Part shown: positions 19,856 to 30,449 of the stretch, piece by piece
How the letters are laid out: each line of letters begins with the position of its first letter
Position numbering within the stretch: position 1 is the first letter of the stretch
Translations under genes and position numbers: made by a program
Assembly (NCBI GenBank): GCA_020437395.1
Contig: JAGQWJ010000001.1
Coordinates: forward strand, 37,236-101,235
DNA length: 64,000 bases
Reading direction: 5' to 3'
DNA from: Ignavibacteriota bacterium
GTDB taxonomy: Bacteria; Bacteroidota; Ignavibacteria; Kapaibacteriales; UBA2268
The notes under the pieces: generated by a model
What the model was told of the DNA's origin: nothing
Seen by the model: the letters and a program-made list of their open reading frames with translations, nothing else
Databases searched by the model: none

Positions 19856-22002
19856 CACCTAAATTATTTCTTATATTATTGATTACTATAACTCTGGTTG
19901 TTGCTTGCGGAGTTTCAATTTATTTCTATTCAGTTATTTCTACCGGATTGCCGTCTTTGCAGCAATTGGAAAATCCCGAACAGATGTACGCTAGCCAAAT
20001 TATGAGTAGCGACGATGAGATAATTGACCATTTCTATATGCAACGAAGGGTGAATTTGCGATTGGACCAAATGCCACAATCAGCAATCGATGCACTTATA
20101 TCAACGGAAGATCGAAAGTTCTATTCTCATTGGGGCATTGATTTGGACAGGTTGATGAAAGCAGTATTAAAAAAAATATTGAATCCATTCAGCAGAGCCG
20201 AAGGTGCATCTACTATTACTCAACAGTTAGCAAGAAACTTATTTTTAGACTTATCGCGAAACGTTGAAAGAAAGATTCGAGAAGCTGCGGTAACTGTCAA
20301 AATTGAAGATACTTATACAAAGGACGAAATATTAGAAATGTATCTGAACACAGTGAATTTTGGCAGAGGGTCTTATGGAATTAGTGTAGCCGCACACACA
20401 TTTTTTGACAAGGATGCAAAAGATTTATCCATAGCCGAATCAGCATACTTAATAGGAGTTCTAAAAGCACCTTCACGCTATGATGTAAGAACAGATTATA
20501 ATCGTGCTTTAAGAAGAAGAAACCTTGTGTTGTCCATGATGCTATCACAAGATAAGATATCTTATGCTGAATATAAGAAAGCAATTGAAACTCCGATTGA
20601 AGTTCAAGAGGGCAACGCTGGCTCAGTTACAGAATCTATGTTAGCACCTCATTTTGTTGAAACCATTCGCAAGGAATACTCACCATTCTTAAAAGAAAAG
20701 GACTATGATTTGTACAAAGATGGGTTGATAATCTATACTACTTTGAACGAGAAAATACAACAATACACTAATGATGCTGTAAAAAAACATTTATCTGAAT
20801 ACCAGGAGAAGTTTGACAATAAATGGAATTGGAAATACCACAAAAAATTAGAAGCTGAAATAATTTCGGAGGCAATAAGAAAAAATCCAGAGTACCGCTC
20901 TGCTCCGAAAAGTGAAAGAGAGTCAATAGCAAAAAGATTAAGAAAAGACAATCGGTTCATAGATTCAGTAAAAAATGAGAAAACAACAATCCAAATTGGT
21001 GTGGTAGTTATTGATCCGTCTTCAGGAGCAATATTATCATTGGTTGGAGCATCGCCTCAGTTTATGAAGGAAAATACTCATAGCAAGCATTCTCTTAATC
21101 ATATATCACAAATAAGACGGCAACCCGGTTCTTCTATGAAACCATTCGTTTATGCAATGGCACTCAAAAACGGATTGTACCCAAATGATTCCATAGGTTG
21201 TGGTCCATTCGTATATAGAGACCCAAACACGAATGAGATATGGGCACCGCGTTCTGGTACGAATGATTGTCCCGACACAACGTATAAAATGACATTAGCG
21301 AACGGGCTAAGAATGTCGGTGAATTCGGTAGCCGCAAGACTAATAACCGAATATACATCGCCAACAGAAGTAAAAGATTTACTCCGCAAATCGGGTATAA
21401 CTTCACCAATTCAGGCAGTACCTGCACTTGCCCTTGGAGCAGGTGGTGAATTAGTACCATTAGAATTGATTTCCGCATTTTCTATATTTGCAAACGATGG
21501 TTACAGAGTGGAGCCATATTACGTAAATCGAATCGAAGATCGCAATGGAAACCTTATTTTCAGAAAGAAAAGAACAAATAAAATTTACGATGTTTTAGAT
21601 AAAGAAATTGCACACGAAATGACACTAATGCTTCAGGAAGTTGTGAATCAAGGCACGGCAGCAAGAATAAGAAGCTATTTCCAAAATATAGAAGCAGCCG
21701 GAAAAACAGGAACAACAAATGACAATTCTGATGCTTGGTTCATTGGCTATACTCCGCAGCTTATATGCGGGATATGGGTGGGATTTGACGATCACAGGAT
21801 AAATTTCAACGCAATTGGTGCTGATGGTCAAGGAGGTAGATTGGCTGGACCAATATGGGGAATGATAATGAATAATATTTATAATGACGGACAATTGCCT
21901 TATAAGCAGACTTCGTTCGGATACAAATCAAGAAAAGAACTTGATTCACTTTCTAAATTACAAAGAGAAGTAAGTCAATATTTGGATATAATTAATAATT
22001 AA
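19852..22002 (+). CDS. mrcA: Class A penicillin-binding protein 1A (glycosyltransferase GT51 + transpeptidase)
   Basis: GT51 motif EDRKFYSHWGID. Transpeptidase SXXK (GSSMKPF), SXN (SVNS) and KTG (KTGTT). Start overlaps the upstream gene by 4 bp. Confidence 0.85.
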   Translation: MTPKLFLILLITITLVVACGVSIYFYSVISTGLPSLQQLENPEQMYASQIMSSDDEIIDHFYMQRRVNLRLDQMPQSAIDALISTEDRKFYSHWGIDLDRLMKAVLKKILNPFSRAEGASTITQQLARNLFLDLSRNVERKIREAAVTVKIEDTYTKDEILEMYLNTVNFGRGSYGISVAAHTFFDKDAKDLSIAESAYLIGVLKAPSRYDVRTDYNRALRRRNLVLSMMLSQDKISYAEYKKAIETPIEVQEGNAGSVTESMLAPHFVETIRKEYSPFLKEKDYDLYKDGLIIYTTLNEKIQQYTNDAVKKHLSEYQEKFDNKWNWKYHKKLEAEIISEAIRKNPEYRSAPKSERESIAKRLRKDNRFIDSVKNEKTTIQIGVVVIDPSSGAILSLVGASPQFMKENTHSKHSLNHISQIRRQPGSSMKPFVYAMALKNGLYPNDSIGCGPFVYRDPNTNEIWAPRSGTNDCPDTTYKMTLANGLRMSVNSVAARLITEYTSPTEVKDLLRKSGITSPIQAVPALALGAGGELVPLELISAFSIFANDGYRVEPYYVNRIEDRNGNLIFRKKRTNKIYDVLDKEIAHEMTLMLQEVVNQGTAARIRSYFQNIEAAGKTGTTNDNSDAWFIGYTPQLICGIWVGFDDHRINFNAIGADGQGGRLAGPIWGMIMNNIYNDGQLPYKQTSFGYKSRKELDSLSKLQREVSQYLDIINN

Positions 22003-22667
22003 TGGTAAATATGTCTGAACAATTTATTCATACGGACGGAACAATTATACCAGTAGGTATAATGTATTGCATTGGTCGTAACTACTTAGAGCATGCGAAA
22101 GAAATGGGTAGCGAATTGCCAAGTGAACCCGTGGTTTTTATTAAACCTGCCACTGCACACGCTATAAGTGGTAGTAAAATAGCTATTCCTACATTCTCCG
22201 AAAATATGCATCACGAAGTAGAATTAGTCGTTGTAATTGGGAAAGATTGTAACAATGTATCAGAATCAGAAGCTATGGACTATGTCTCTGGTTATGGAGT
22301 AGGTATCGATTTTACATTACGCGATGTACAGATGAAAGCTAAGGAAAGCGGATTGCCCTGGGCAACGTCAAAAAGCTTTTACTCATCTGCTCCTGTTTCT
22401 AATATTATTCCTATTGATTTAATCTCAGAGCCAAACAATTGTAAGATTGAATTATTTGTCAATAACAAACCTGTACAATCAGGTTATACTTCCGATATGC
22501 AGAGAACAGTTCCACAGCTTATTTCTTACATTTCACATGTATTTCGATTAAGAAAGGGAGATTGTATATTCACAGGAACTCCCCAAGGAGTTGGACAAGT
22601 AGTAAGTGGCGATAAACTATTAGCAAAACTAGACGATAAAATAACTTTAGACATTGAAATTGAGTAG
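22002..22667 (+). CDS. Fumarylacetoacetate hydrolase (FAH)-family protein
   Basis: 221 aa. HHEVELVVVIGKD and the metal-binding pattern typical of FAH-family hydratases/isomerases. Confidence 0.7.
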   Translation: MVNMSEQFIHTDGTIIPVGIMYCIGRNYLEHAKEMGSELPSEPVVFIKPATAHAISGSKIAIPTFSENMHHEVELVVVIGKDCNNVSESEAMDYVSGYGVGIDFTLRDVQMKAKESGLPWATSKSFYSSAPVSNIIPIDLISEPNNCKIELFVNNKPVQSGYTSDMQRTVPQLISYISHVFRLRKGDCIFTGTPQGVGQVVSGDKLLAKLDDKITLDIEIE

Positions 22668-22670
22668 TCT

Positions 22671-24065
22671 ATGAACAAATTAATACTAGCTTCAATATTG
22701 CTTTTCTCCATACTTCAATCTTGCACAATAGTAACAACAAGAGAGGAGGAGGATTTGTACACAATAACGGATAAAGACACTACCTTTAAGCACTTTATAA
22801 AAAATGCTCCTGGGAATAGGAATAGGGGCGTAGTCCACCCATCTACAAAAGAAATTCTAAGTGAAAGAGAAATAACACAAAGAGATAGCACCGTTAATAG
22901 ATACTATCCTGATTTTATCCGCTTAGGTTTATTTGAGGGAATGGGACTAATTGGTGGGAGTACTGACTTTTCTTTAAACTCTGGCTTGTTTGGGATATAT
23001 CCCGAACCTTCACTACTAGACGAAAGTTCCAGAGGAACGAAAAGTGGTAGTCTTTTTACTGGTGGAATATATAGGTTTGGAATCTATGAGAATAGACTAC
23101 GTTGGTTCAGAGATGCTGAGAATTGGACTTGGGGAGTACACGGTGTAGAAGCAATAATACCTGATGCTAGAGTAGAAAATGGGCTATTAGGTTTCGTAAC
23201 TCCCTACATTAGAAAAAGATATTATTTCCGTGACGATATTCCTTATATCTCAGCAACAATAGCCATAGGAATGGGTTTTTTCCCATCGCAATATGGGAAC
23301 TTTTCTGGATCACTGGATATTGGTTCAATTGGTGGTGTAAACTTAAGAGCATATCTTGGGTTAGCACTGGGTTACAACTCTAAGAACTCAGTTCTTATAG
23401 CTGGAAATGACTTTGCAGATGATGGCGTGTTCAATACTATACCCTATGCTGGTTTGAGTGTGTCAGTACTCGATTTTGTTAATGTTGTCCCTGAACTTTA
23501 TACTGAATGGAAAGACCACGAACATTCGTCGTGGAAAGTTGGTTTGGCAGACATAAGTTTCGTAAATACTAACTCCGAATATTCAGTATTAGGTAATAAT
23601 TCGGGTGATACATCAACTTCGATTATAAAAGGTTATTTTGTGAAGTTAGCAAACGCCGAAGTAGCCATTCCAATTAAAGGTAACTATAATCTTTATGCAG
23701 GAACTTCTTTAATTTCACTTTATATGATGGGTTTGAACGGAAATGGAATTGGCGTTTTACCATTACGAGTTGGGTATTGGCATCAACTCCTAAAAGATGA
23801 ACTTAGCATAGACCCCTATATTGAGTACGGCTATTACCCCTCTCGCTATGTTAATTTGGGGGCAAAACTCCGACTTCGATTCTCAGATAGATTCAATATG
23901 GGTATTTTGGGAGGATATATCTCAGGTAATACATTAGGTGGTATAGGAAGCCAGACTCTCAGCTTTCTCGGAGATGCCACAAGCTTCGAGGGCTTCTACG
24001 TTGGTCTTAGCTTTAGCTTACTAGATCGTATCTTCTACCCAGAGGAACTAAGATATTCGAAATAA
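22671..24065 (+). CDS. Hypothetical lipoprotein, possibly outer-membrane beta-barrel
   Basis: Lipobox LQSC. Gly/aromatic-rich alternating pattern. No family recognised. Last gene of the aat–PBP1A operon. Confidence 0.3.
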   Translation: MNKLILASILLFSILQSCTIVTTREEEDLYTITDKDTTFKHFIKNAPGNRNRGVVHPSTKEILSEREITQRDSTVNRYYPDFIRLGLFEGMGLIGGSTDFSLNSGLFGIYPEPSLLDESSRGTKSGSLFTGGIYRFGIYENRLRWFRDAENWTWGVHGVEAIIPDARVENGLLGFVTPYIRKRYYFRDDIPYISATIAIGMGFFPSQYGNFSGSLDIGSIGGVNLRAYLGLALGYNSKNSVLIAGNDFADDGVFNTIPYAGLSVSVLDFVNVVPELYTEWKDHEHSSWKVGLADISFVNTNSEYSVLGNNSGDTSTSIIKGYFVKLANAEVAIPIKGNYNLYAGTSLISLYMMGLNGNGIGVLPLRVGYWHQLLKDELSIDPYIEYGYYPSRYVNLGAKLRLRFSDRFNMGILGGYISGNTLGGIGSQTLSFLGDATSFEGFYVGLSFSLLDRIFYPEELRYSK

Positions 24066-24079
24066 TTAGATTATTACAA

Positions 24080-24838
24080 TTATGGTGTTCCCATGTTACC
24101 ATTTGAAGTTAATATTTCGAGAGTGTTTTGATTAATTCCTAACAAGGGATTTAATTTTTGCTCCACAGAGTAGATACCGATACCTTCAATAAATGTATAT
24201 ATTATTTCTGAAGTAGCTGACTCATCGATTTTGCTATCAGGAGAGGTAACTTTTGCGGATAAATCTAATGTTATTTTAACTACATCTGCCATATAAGTTT
24301 TATTAGAGTATGTTATTTCCTTTTTATCTAACTTTTTCCCATTAATCTGTAATTTACCATATACAGTATCTTGTTCAATTACCCTGTTTAGTTCAACAAA
24401 AAAAGATTCCCACTCATTATTATTGTAGTCCATTATCTTTATCCAACCAGGAATTAATATTGGGATTTGCGTTTTAATATTAGGGTCTGTTGCATATTGA
24501 TTCAAATCTATTTCCCCCATATAAAGGAAAATACCTACTTCATCAGCACTTATATGAGTAAAAAATTCATTATTTGTCTCTGGTTCTATTCGTAGCGAAA
24601 AGCCAGTCTTGCTATCTAATACCTCAGAATCAATTAATCTAATTGATTTTTTACTAACTTCATCCATAAGTGTATTTCCATTCTCATCAACTGAAAAAAC
24701 ATCATAGTCCCAAAAGTCATTGACTTTCAAATCAAGATAACTAACTTCTGGATCAGTATTAGTAGATTCCGAACAACTACCCGCCATTAAAACTAGTGAA
24801 AGTATGACTAATTGGAATAATATTAGGTTCTTTTTCAT
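24080..24838 (-). CDS. Hypothetical lipoprotein (paralog of 24929..25666)
   Basis: Lipobox AGSC. Shared motif W-Y-x-F-x-VDENGNT with the neighbouring gene. Confidence 0.4.
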   Translation of the reverse strand: MKKNLILFQLVILSLVLMAGSCSESTNTDPEVSYLDLKVNDFWDYDVFSVDENGNTLMDEVSKKSIRLIDSEVLDSKTGFSLRIEPETNNEFFTHISADEVGIFLYMGEIDLNQYATDPNIKTQIPILIPGWIKIMDYNNNEWESFFVELNRVIEQDTVYGKLQINGKKLDKKEITYSNKTYMADVVKITLDLSAKVTSPDSKIDESATSEIIYTFIEGIGIYSVEQKLNPLLGINQNTLEILTSNGNMGTP

Positions 24839-24877
24839 TTTACATTCCTTTATTTGGTGATTTTGAATTACTAATAT

Positions 24878-24910
24878 AAAAAAAAGTCCAGTGATAACTG
24901 GACTTTTAAT
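24878..24910 (-). terminator. Rho-independent terminator between the paralogous lipoprotein genes
   Basis: AGTCCAG-TGATAA-CTGGACT stem flanked by A/T runs. Confidence 0.6.
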
Positions 24911-24928
24911 TATATTTTATTTTTTTAT

Positions 24929-25666
24929 CTATTTCAAATTATGATTTACTAATATATCCTTTTGTTTTGTAAACTCTATTCCTTCATTTGTGAATTCAAC
25001 TTCAAGGGAAGTTGATGAATAAATTCCTAACCCTGGTATTAAACTTATTTGAGTTGTATCGCTTTCAGAAACTGTTTCTGTTACAAGTTCATCATTCTCA
25101 TCCAAATAAGTAATTACAAGTTCACTGTAATTAATATTTTGGTAATTCTCTACATCATAAGATTTGCCTTTGTAAGTAACTTTAGAAGATGCTATTCGCT
25201 CACCTTTCATACCAGTCACACCCTTGGTTGTTGTACCTTCTTCCTCATCTACTTCATCAATATCAACTTTGTAGATATCCCATTTAGTATTTTTAAAATC
25301 TATGATTTTTATCCAAATGCCGATTGATCCAGTTTCTTCAGGTTCATCATAGCTATATAAACCACTGTTATCAGAATACATATAAATAGAATCTAATGAT
25401 TCATCTGAATTATCCGTAATTAAAAAAGCTTCTTTTCCAGCTATATTAGCTTTACCAACTATAGTAAGAGCATATTCATCTAATACTGCACCAATTGTAT
25501 TTCCGTTTTCGTCTGTATCAAAAGTTTGGTATTCCCAAGTGTTACCTACTGCTAAGGGCAACCCCGTACCATTATTATTACTAGGTGAAGTTGTACTATC
25601 TTCTGAACAACTGCTAAAAAATGCAACCAATAAAGTCGCTGTGATATAAAGAGCTAAATTTTTCAT
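24929..25666 (-). CDS. Hypothetical lipoprotein (paralog of 24080..24838)
   Basis: Lipobox FSSC. TWEYQTFDTDENGNT motif shared with its neighbour. Confidence 0.4.
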   Translation of the reverse strand: MKNLALYITATLLVAFFSSCSEDSTTSPSNNNGTGLPLAVGNTWEYQTFDTDENGNTIGAVLDEYALTIVGKANIAGKEAFLITDNSDESLDSIYMYSDNSGLYSYDEPEETGSIGIWIKIIDFKNTKWDIYKVDIDEVDEEEGTTTKGVTGMKGERIASSKVTYKGKSYDVENYQNINYSELVITYLDENDELVTETVSESDTTQISLIPGLGIYSSTSLEVEFTNEGIEFTKQKDILVNHNLK

Positions 25667-25806
25667 AAAAACCCCAAAATTTAAAAAAAATATAAAATTG
25701 ATTTATAACTTGTTAAAAATGGAAAATAGGAATTAAGATTTTCAAAAAAAAGTCAAATATTCTCTTTGTCTATAATTAATAAGAGCCATTTTGAGATGTA
25801 AGAACC

Positions 25807-26190
25807 CTAGTTAATCTCACTAGTCTTTTTTTTATGGCGTTTCCAAAATAAAATTCGTCCAAACATAGTTCTTAAGAAATTTTTGAAAAATTTATATTGA
25901 CCGAATATAGAACCCACTGTGATTAGGATAACTTGGTATGCCGGTAATACGGTAACAATATAAACAATAGCTCTTAACCAGAACGGGTCTTCTTTGGTTA
26001 GATTTAATACTTCGAACACGAATCGACTAACATAGATAGATAACATACCTGTAATAGCAAATACAAGAAATATAATTGCCACTTGGAAAGGCGAAGTTAC
26101 ACCCCATCTTTTCTTTAGAAAATCTATTATTTTATCTATTCTATTGCTCATTACTTTGCCTTTTCTAATTCGCCGATTATAGCTTGCCAC
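25807..26190 (-). CDS. Small integral membrane protein (2-3 TM), distal gene of the heme-uptake operon
   Basis: Hydrophobic segments. Overlaps the upstream ChuS-like gene by 40 bp. The start is probably the internal MSNRIDK. Confidence 0.35.
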   Translation of the reverse strand: MASYNRRIRKGKVMSNRIDKIIDFLKKRWGVTSPFQVAIIFLVFAITGMLSIYVSRFVFEVLNLTKEDPFWLRAIVYIVTVLPAYQVILITVGSIFGQYKFFKNFLRTMFGRILFWKRHKKKTSEIN

Positions 26191-27194
26191 TCTGGTAACT
26201 CAGGGATACCGGGTTTTCTTTTCCCAAAGAATGTTATTGCTAATTCGCCATCCATGTCGTAAAGTTCCAATGACGTAACTACACCATCATTTGTTGGCTT
26301 GAATAGTACATAAGTTTCTGCAATCAAATCATTACGCAAATGCAAATTGAAATTTTCATCTAGTACATTAGTCCAATTCTCTATTAGGCGTATATTCTTA
26401 ACCTCGCCTGAATGTATTTGTACTATGTCATCATTAGCTACAAATACCATAATGGGTACCTTTCTTTCGGCAGCAGTATGTAGTATATCAATTACGGCAT
26501 CATTGTAAACTCTATAAGCCAAATTTTCTGGAGCTCTTTTGACTAAATCTAATCTCTTTATTTTCTGAGAATCTAATATATTTTGGAAGTTATGTGTATC
26601 TTCCAAATTGCTCCAATCATTTAACGCTTTATCAAAATCAATATTTTCAGGATCATTATAGACTTTTGGCTTTTCGCCATTTTCTACGGTAGGGATAGAG
26701 TTGTTTTCCAATTTGAAAGTATCAATTAGCTTTTGATATTCTTCTTCATTACTATCATCGGTCAGATAGACTTTCTGGGTTGGCTTACCGTATTTGTTGA
26801 AGAATTGAATCGAACGTAGAGTTTTACCATTGTGTTCCTTTTCAACATTATATACATACTTCCAATTATCAAAAATAATCCTTAAGTCAATATCCTCGCC
26901 AAGAACTAGTCCTGTAGAACCATGTATTTGAACTTTTCCAAAAGTACCTTTGCGTTCGTGAACGGCGTTCTCATTTCTAGCTAATACCATTACTCTGCCT
27001 AGTTTTGGTAGCTCTTTGTATATCTCAATTGGGGATTCTTTTAGCTTTACACAAGGATCGTGAAGATTAGAAGCCAATAGCTCCAATTCACTTATACCCA
27101 GCATGTCAGCATATTCTTTAATTCTTAATTTGGGAGTTCTTCTTACTACTTCTTCGTATCTTTCCTTTAGTGAAAGATTATTAACAATCGACAT
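26151..27194 (-). CDS. ChuS/HemS/HmuS-family heme-degrading / heme-trafficking protein
   Basis: NENAVHERKGTFGK matches the conserved ChuS/HemS block (NEYAVHEQ.GTF). About 345 aa, two-repeat architecture. Confidence 0.6.
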   Translation of the reverse strand: MSIVNNLSLKERYEEVVRRTPKLRIKEYADMLGISELELLASNLHDPCVKLKESPIEIYKELPKLGRVMVLARNENAVHERKGTFGKVQIHGSTGLVLGEDIDLRIIFDNWKYVYNVEKEHNGKTLRSIQFFNKYGKPTQKVYLTDDSNEEEYQKLIDTFKLENNSIPTVENGEKPKVYNDPENIDFDKALNDWSNLEDTHNFQNILDSQKIKRLDLVKRAPENLAYRVYNDAVIDILHTAAERKVPIMVFVANDDIVQIHSGEVKNIRLIENWTNVLDENFNLHLRNDLIAETYVLFKPTNDGVVTSLELYDMDGELAITFFGKRKPGIPELPEWQAIIGELEKAK

Positions 27195-27222
27195 TGCACA
27201 CCTTATTTAATACAATTATTTT

Positions 27223-28227
27223 CTATAACAACTTAAATTCAAATTCTGGATAGCCCTTCTCGGCTTTCCCATCAATAATTTTTTGAAAACCTACGAATCT
27301 AAGCTTGTATATGAATCCATTCGGATCCTTTATCAAATATTTTTTTAATGGGTTAACTGTGTAAACACCAGTATTAATGTCTGGTTCTTTCCAGCTATAT
27401 CCTATAACATTTCTTCTTTTCGTAAAAGTAATACTTTGAGCAACTTCCGCTGTCAATTCGCTGAATTCAGAAGTACTGTCAGCTTCTGCTGCTGAGCAAA
27501 GTCTATCATTTATCAATGCTCCACGAACTGGGTAAATTTCGAAACCAGGAACATCAAAAAACTCAGTATATGTAGTAAAATATAAGTCCCAATCAGTAGA
27601 TGGTGGCTCTAGATTATTGACCTCTCCTCCATTTTCAAATGACATTGTTATATAGTTATAACCATCTGTCCTTGGTACAAAGAGCGTGTCTATTCTCTCT
27701 GATTTCAACTCAGAAAATATTATAGTATATCCACTATTATTAGCTCCCAAAATCATCATTTTCCATTTGCCGCCTTTTACTCGGTTGTGGTCCCGACCTC
27801 TATCTATAATATAAACGTGATTTTTTGATTCGACATTGTTATTAACCATCTCCCACCACTTCCCAATGGCAGACGAATCCATATTGCCAGATGGAACATC
27901 TCTCTTATATTGGTCATTACTCAGAGGCTCTACTACTGATTCGAATTCCACTTTACCCAAATCTTGAATCGCCATATCTCGACCCAAATTCATTTTCACA
28001 TAGTAGTCATCATAAGCTTGGAAACTCAAATCCCATATTCCAAACAGGTTTGTTTTCACAACCGAGTTCGATGACAAATCAAAGTAAACTTGATGTTCAT
28101 ATTGGCTGCCCATTTTGACTTGATTAGTGGTTATATCACCTCTGGGGTAAGGATTAACTGCTACGTCTTCTTTAAAACAAGAATTTAGCAGAAAAAGAAT
28201 TGGTAATATGTAAAATAGCTTTTTCAT
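27223..28227 (-). CDS. HmuY-like heme-binding lipoprotein
   Basis: Lipobox LLNSC. Two copies of the W-D-L-x-F-x-x-Y motif (GIWDLSFQAY, DWDLYFTTY), as in the HmuY family. Sits between the TonB-dependent receptor and the ChuS-like gene. Confidence 0.45.
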   Translation of the reverse strand: MKKLFYILPILFLLNSCFKEDVAVNPYPRGDITTNQVKMGSQYEHQVYFDLSSNSVVKTNLFGIWDLSFQAYDDYYVKMNLGRDMAIQDLGKVEFESVVEPLSNDQYKRDVPSGNMDSSAIGKWWEMVNNNVESKNHVYIIDRGRDHNRVKGGKWKMMILGANNSGYTIIFSELKSERIDTLFVPRTDGYNYITMSFENGGEVNNLEPPSTDWDLYFTTYTEFFDVPGFEIYPVRGALINDRLCSAAEADSTSEFSELTAEVAQSITFTKRRNVIGYSWKEPDINTGVYTVNPLKKYLIKDPNGFIYKLRFVGFQKIIDGKAEKGYPEFEFKLL

Positions 28228-30449
28228 TATGGTATATTGAACTCCACTTTAGCAAAAAATGACCTACCGTATCCTACTGGTAATGAAGAACTATTGCCCG
28301 AATGTGCTGCCCCATTTGTAATTTGATTACTGTTTACTGTAGTTACATCAAATAGATTGATAATCCCAACCGAAAAAGTTGTGTTTAATTCTTCAAATTT
28401 TCTTAGAATAGTCAAATCTAAATTACTATAAGAGTCTATTATAAAATTCTCAATTTCATCTTCATCATTTAATACAAACCCTGGCGATTCACCGGTGAAT
28501 TTGTAGAATAGTGAAAATTTCAAATCAAATATATTCGATTCCCACGAAGAGTTGACTGTAACTTCTGGAGTATATTGTACGCCATTCGAGATACCATCTA
28601 TGAAATTTTCCGTACCAATGTAATTGAATCCAAATTTGTTATAGAACTTCTCATAAATGTATTTCAGTGAAATATTTGTACCCATTGTCCTATGTTGCCC
28701 AATATTTACATAAGTAAACAAATTATTACTCAAATTTGCTAAAGTGATTTTATCCACTATCTCATTATAATAGAAATTTGGTTCAAACTTTAAAACGCGT
28801 TTCTCGTTTACCAAAGTATATGTAAGTCCTAAGTTGAACGCATCTGAGCTCTCTGCACCCAAATTAGCATTTCCCCTAATATTATGGCTAGCATCTACGA
28901 ATAAGAAGAACAACTCCTTCAACGAAGGAGCTCTGAATCCTTTCGCATAAGATGCTCTAACCGTTATTTCATCAGTTAATTCGGACATTATATTCAGTGC
29001 AGGAATAAGCGGAATATCTAATAGAGGTAATAGTGGAGCTTCAAATCTTGTATTATAGATATATCTACCAGCTGGTTGAATTGTCAGAAAATCGTTGATT
29101 ATATATTTAGTACTAATGTAAGCCGCATAATCATTTATTGCAGGTGCACCCTCTATTCTGCCACCTTCTCCATTGTCCAAATTGAAATCAATACCTACAC
29201 TATAACCAAGATTATCGTTCAGAAACTCATCATAAAATGATGCACGAATATTAATTGAGCTGAATCTAGTTGTGTCTTGCTCGGCATCATCTCCTGTCAA
29301 TATTTCTTCCAAGGTCACTAAATCTTTATAAAAAGTATTTCTTGATCTTTTGTAGTTAGAATGAGAAAATGAAAAATTAAAATTCTTGTTATTTTCAAGT
29401 TGTTTTGAAACGAAAATAGCATTATTTAGTCTATCAGTTTTGTATTTATTGTCATAAGCTCCCTCGTAATAAGGAGCAATAAGCATACCTTTTGAAATCA
29501 ATAACTCTTCGAAATATCCCCCCTTATATCTAACGTCAAACCCCATTAATACGGTCTTGGCATCTATATCAGCAAAATACTGTTCTTTGGGTTTCCAAAG
29601 TTGAGTACGTGAGTTTTCTATGGGTGAATAACCCCCAAAGAAATGACGACCAATGTTCAAATTCACATAATTATCATCGAAATTACTGTTCAACCCTACG
29701 TCGAAATTGTATCTGCCAACAGACTCATAAGTACCGAGTCCTCTTGCGCTAATCTCATTTACTGACTCTCTTTTAGTAATTAAATTAATTACTCCACCTA
29801 AGGCATCAGTCCCATAAAGAGTTGACATTGGACCTTTAACAATTTCTACTCTGTCAACATTTGTCAAACTTAGTTGACTTATATCTATGTTCCCGTTAGT
29901 CCTACCAATAATAGGTATTCCATCAACTAAAATTTTAACATTTTCTCCACCAAGCCCATTTATTGATATATTACTACCTAATTGAGCATCTTGATTAATG
30001 TTGATTGCACCTTCTTGCAAAAGTAAATCTCGCAGGTTGTTTGCTCCCTTGCTTGCAATGAAGTCTTTGTCGAGTACATCGACTTTTATTATAGAGTTTG
30101 TAGATAGAGTTGGAGAGTACTGTCCTGTAGTTACTATTTCTGAATATAGTATAGAAACTTGGTTGAGTAATATTTGATTACGTTGGGTTTTATAGACAAC
30201 TATTTGATTTGATTCATAACCCAAATAAGAGACTTTCGCAATAGCAGAATCATAAGGGACTCTCACTGAACCATAGGCATCTGTCTTTCTAAAATTAGAA
30301 TCAGACTTAGATGGATTCAGATTTACAAATTGCACTGAGGCCGAAATAAGCGGCTCATTCGTATTGATATCATAAACTTTTAAAGTACCTATGGCTAGTA
30401 GAGAACTACTAGCCACTAGGAATAATATTAATATCTTAATGAAGTTCAA
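28227..30449 (-). CDS. TonB-dependent receptor, probable heme/hemoprotein receptor (HmuR-like)
   Basis: 740 aa. Signal peptide, plug and 22-strand barrel features, C-terminal aromatic residue region. Heme specificity is inferred from neighbouring genes. Confidence 0.75.
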   Translation of the reverse strand: MNFIKILILFLVASSSLLAIGTLKVYDINTNEPLISASVQFVNLNPSKSDSNFRKTDAYGSVRVPYDSAIAKVSYLGYESNQIVVYKTQRNQILLNQVSILYSEIVTTGQYSPTLSTNSIIKVDVLDKDFIASKGANNLRDLLLQEGAININQDAQLGSNISINGLGGENVKILVDGIPIIGRTNGNIDISQLSLTNVDRVEIVKGPMSTLYGTDALGGVINLITKRESVNEISARGLGTYESVGRYNFDVGLNSNFDDNYVNLNIGRHFFGGYSPIENSRTQLWKPKEQYFADIDAKTVLMGFDVRYKGGYFEELLISKGMLIAPYYEGAYDNKYKTDRLNNAIFVSKQLENNKNFNFSFSHSNYKRSRNTFYKDLVTLEEILTGDDAEQDTTRFSSINIRASFYDEFLNDNLGYSVGIDFNLDNGEGGRIEGAPAINDYAAYISTKYIINDFLTIQPAGRYIYNTRFEAPLLPLLDIPLIPALNIMSELTDEITVRASYAKGFRAPSLKELFFLFVDASHNIRGNANLGAESSDAFNLGLTYTLVNEKRVLKFEPNFYYNEIVDKITLANLSNNLFTYVNIGQHRTMGTNISLKYIYEKFYNKFGFNYIGTENFIDGISNGVQYTPEVTVNSSWESNIFDLKFSLFYKFTGESPGFVLNDEDEIENFIIDSYSNLDLTILRKFEELNTTFSVGIINLFDVTTVNSNQITNGAAHSGNSSSLPVGYGRSFFAKVEFNIP

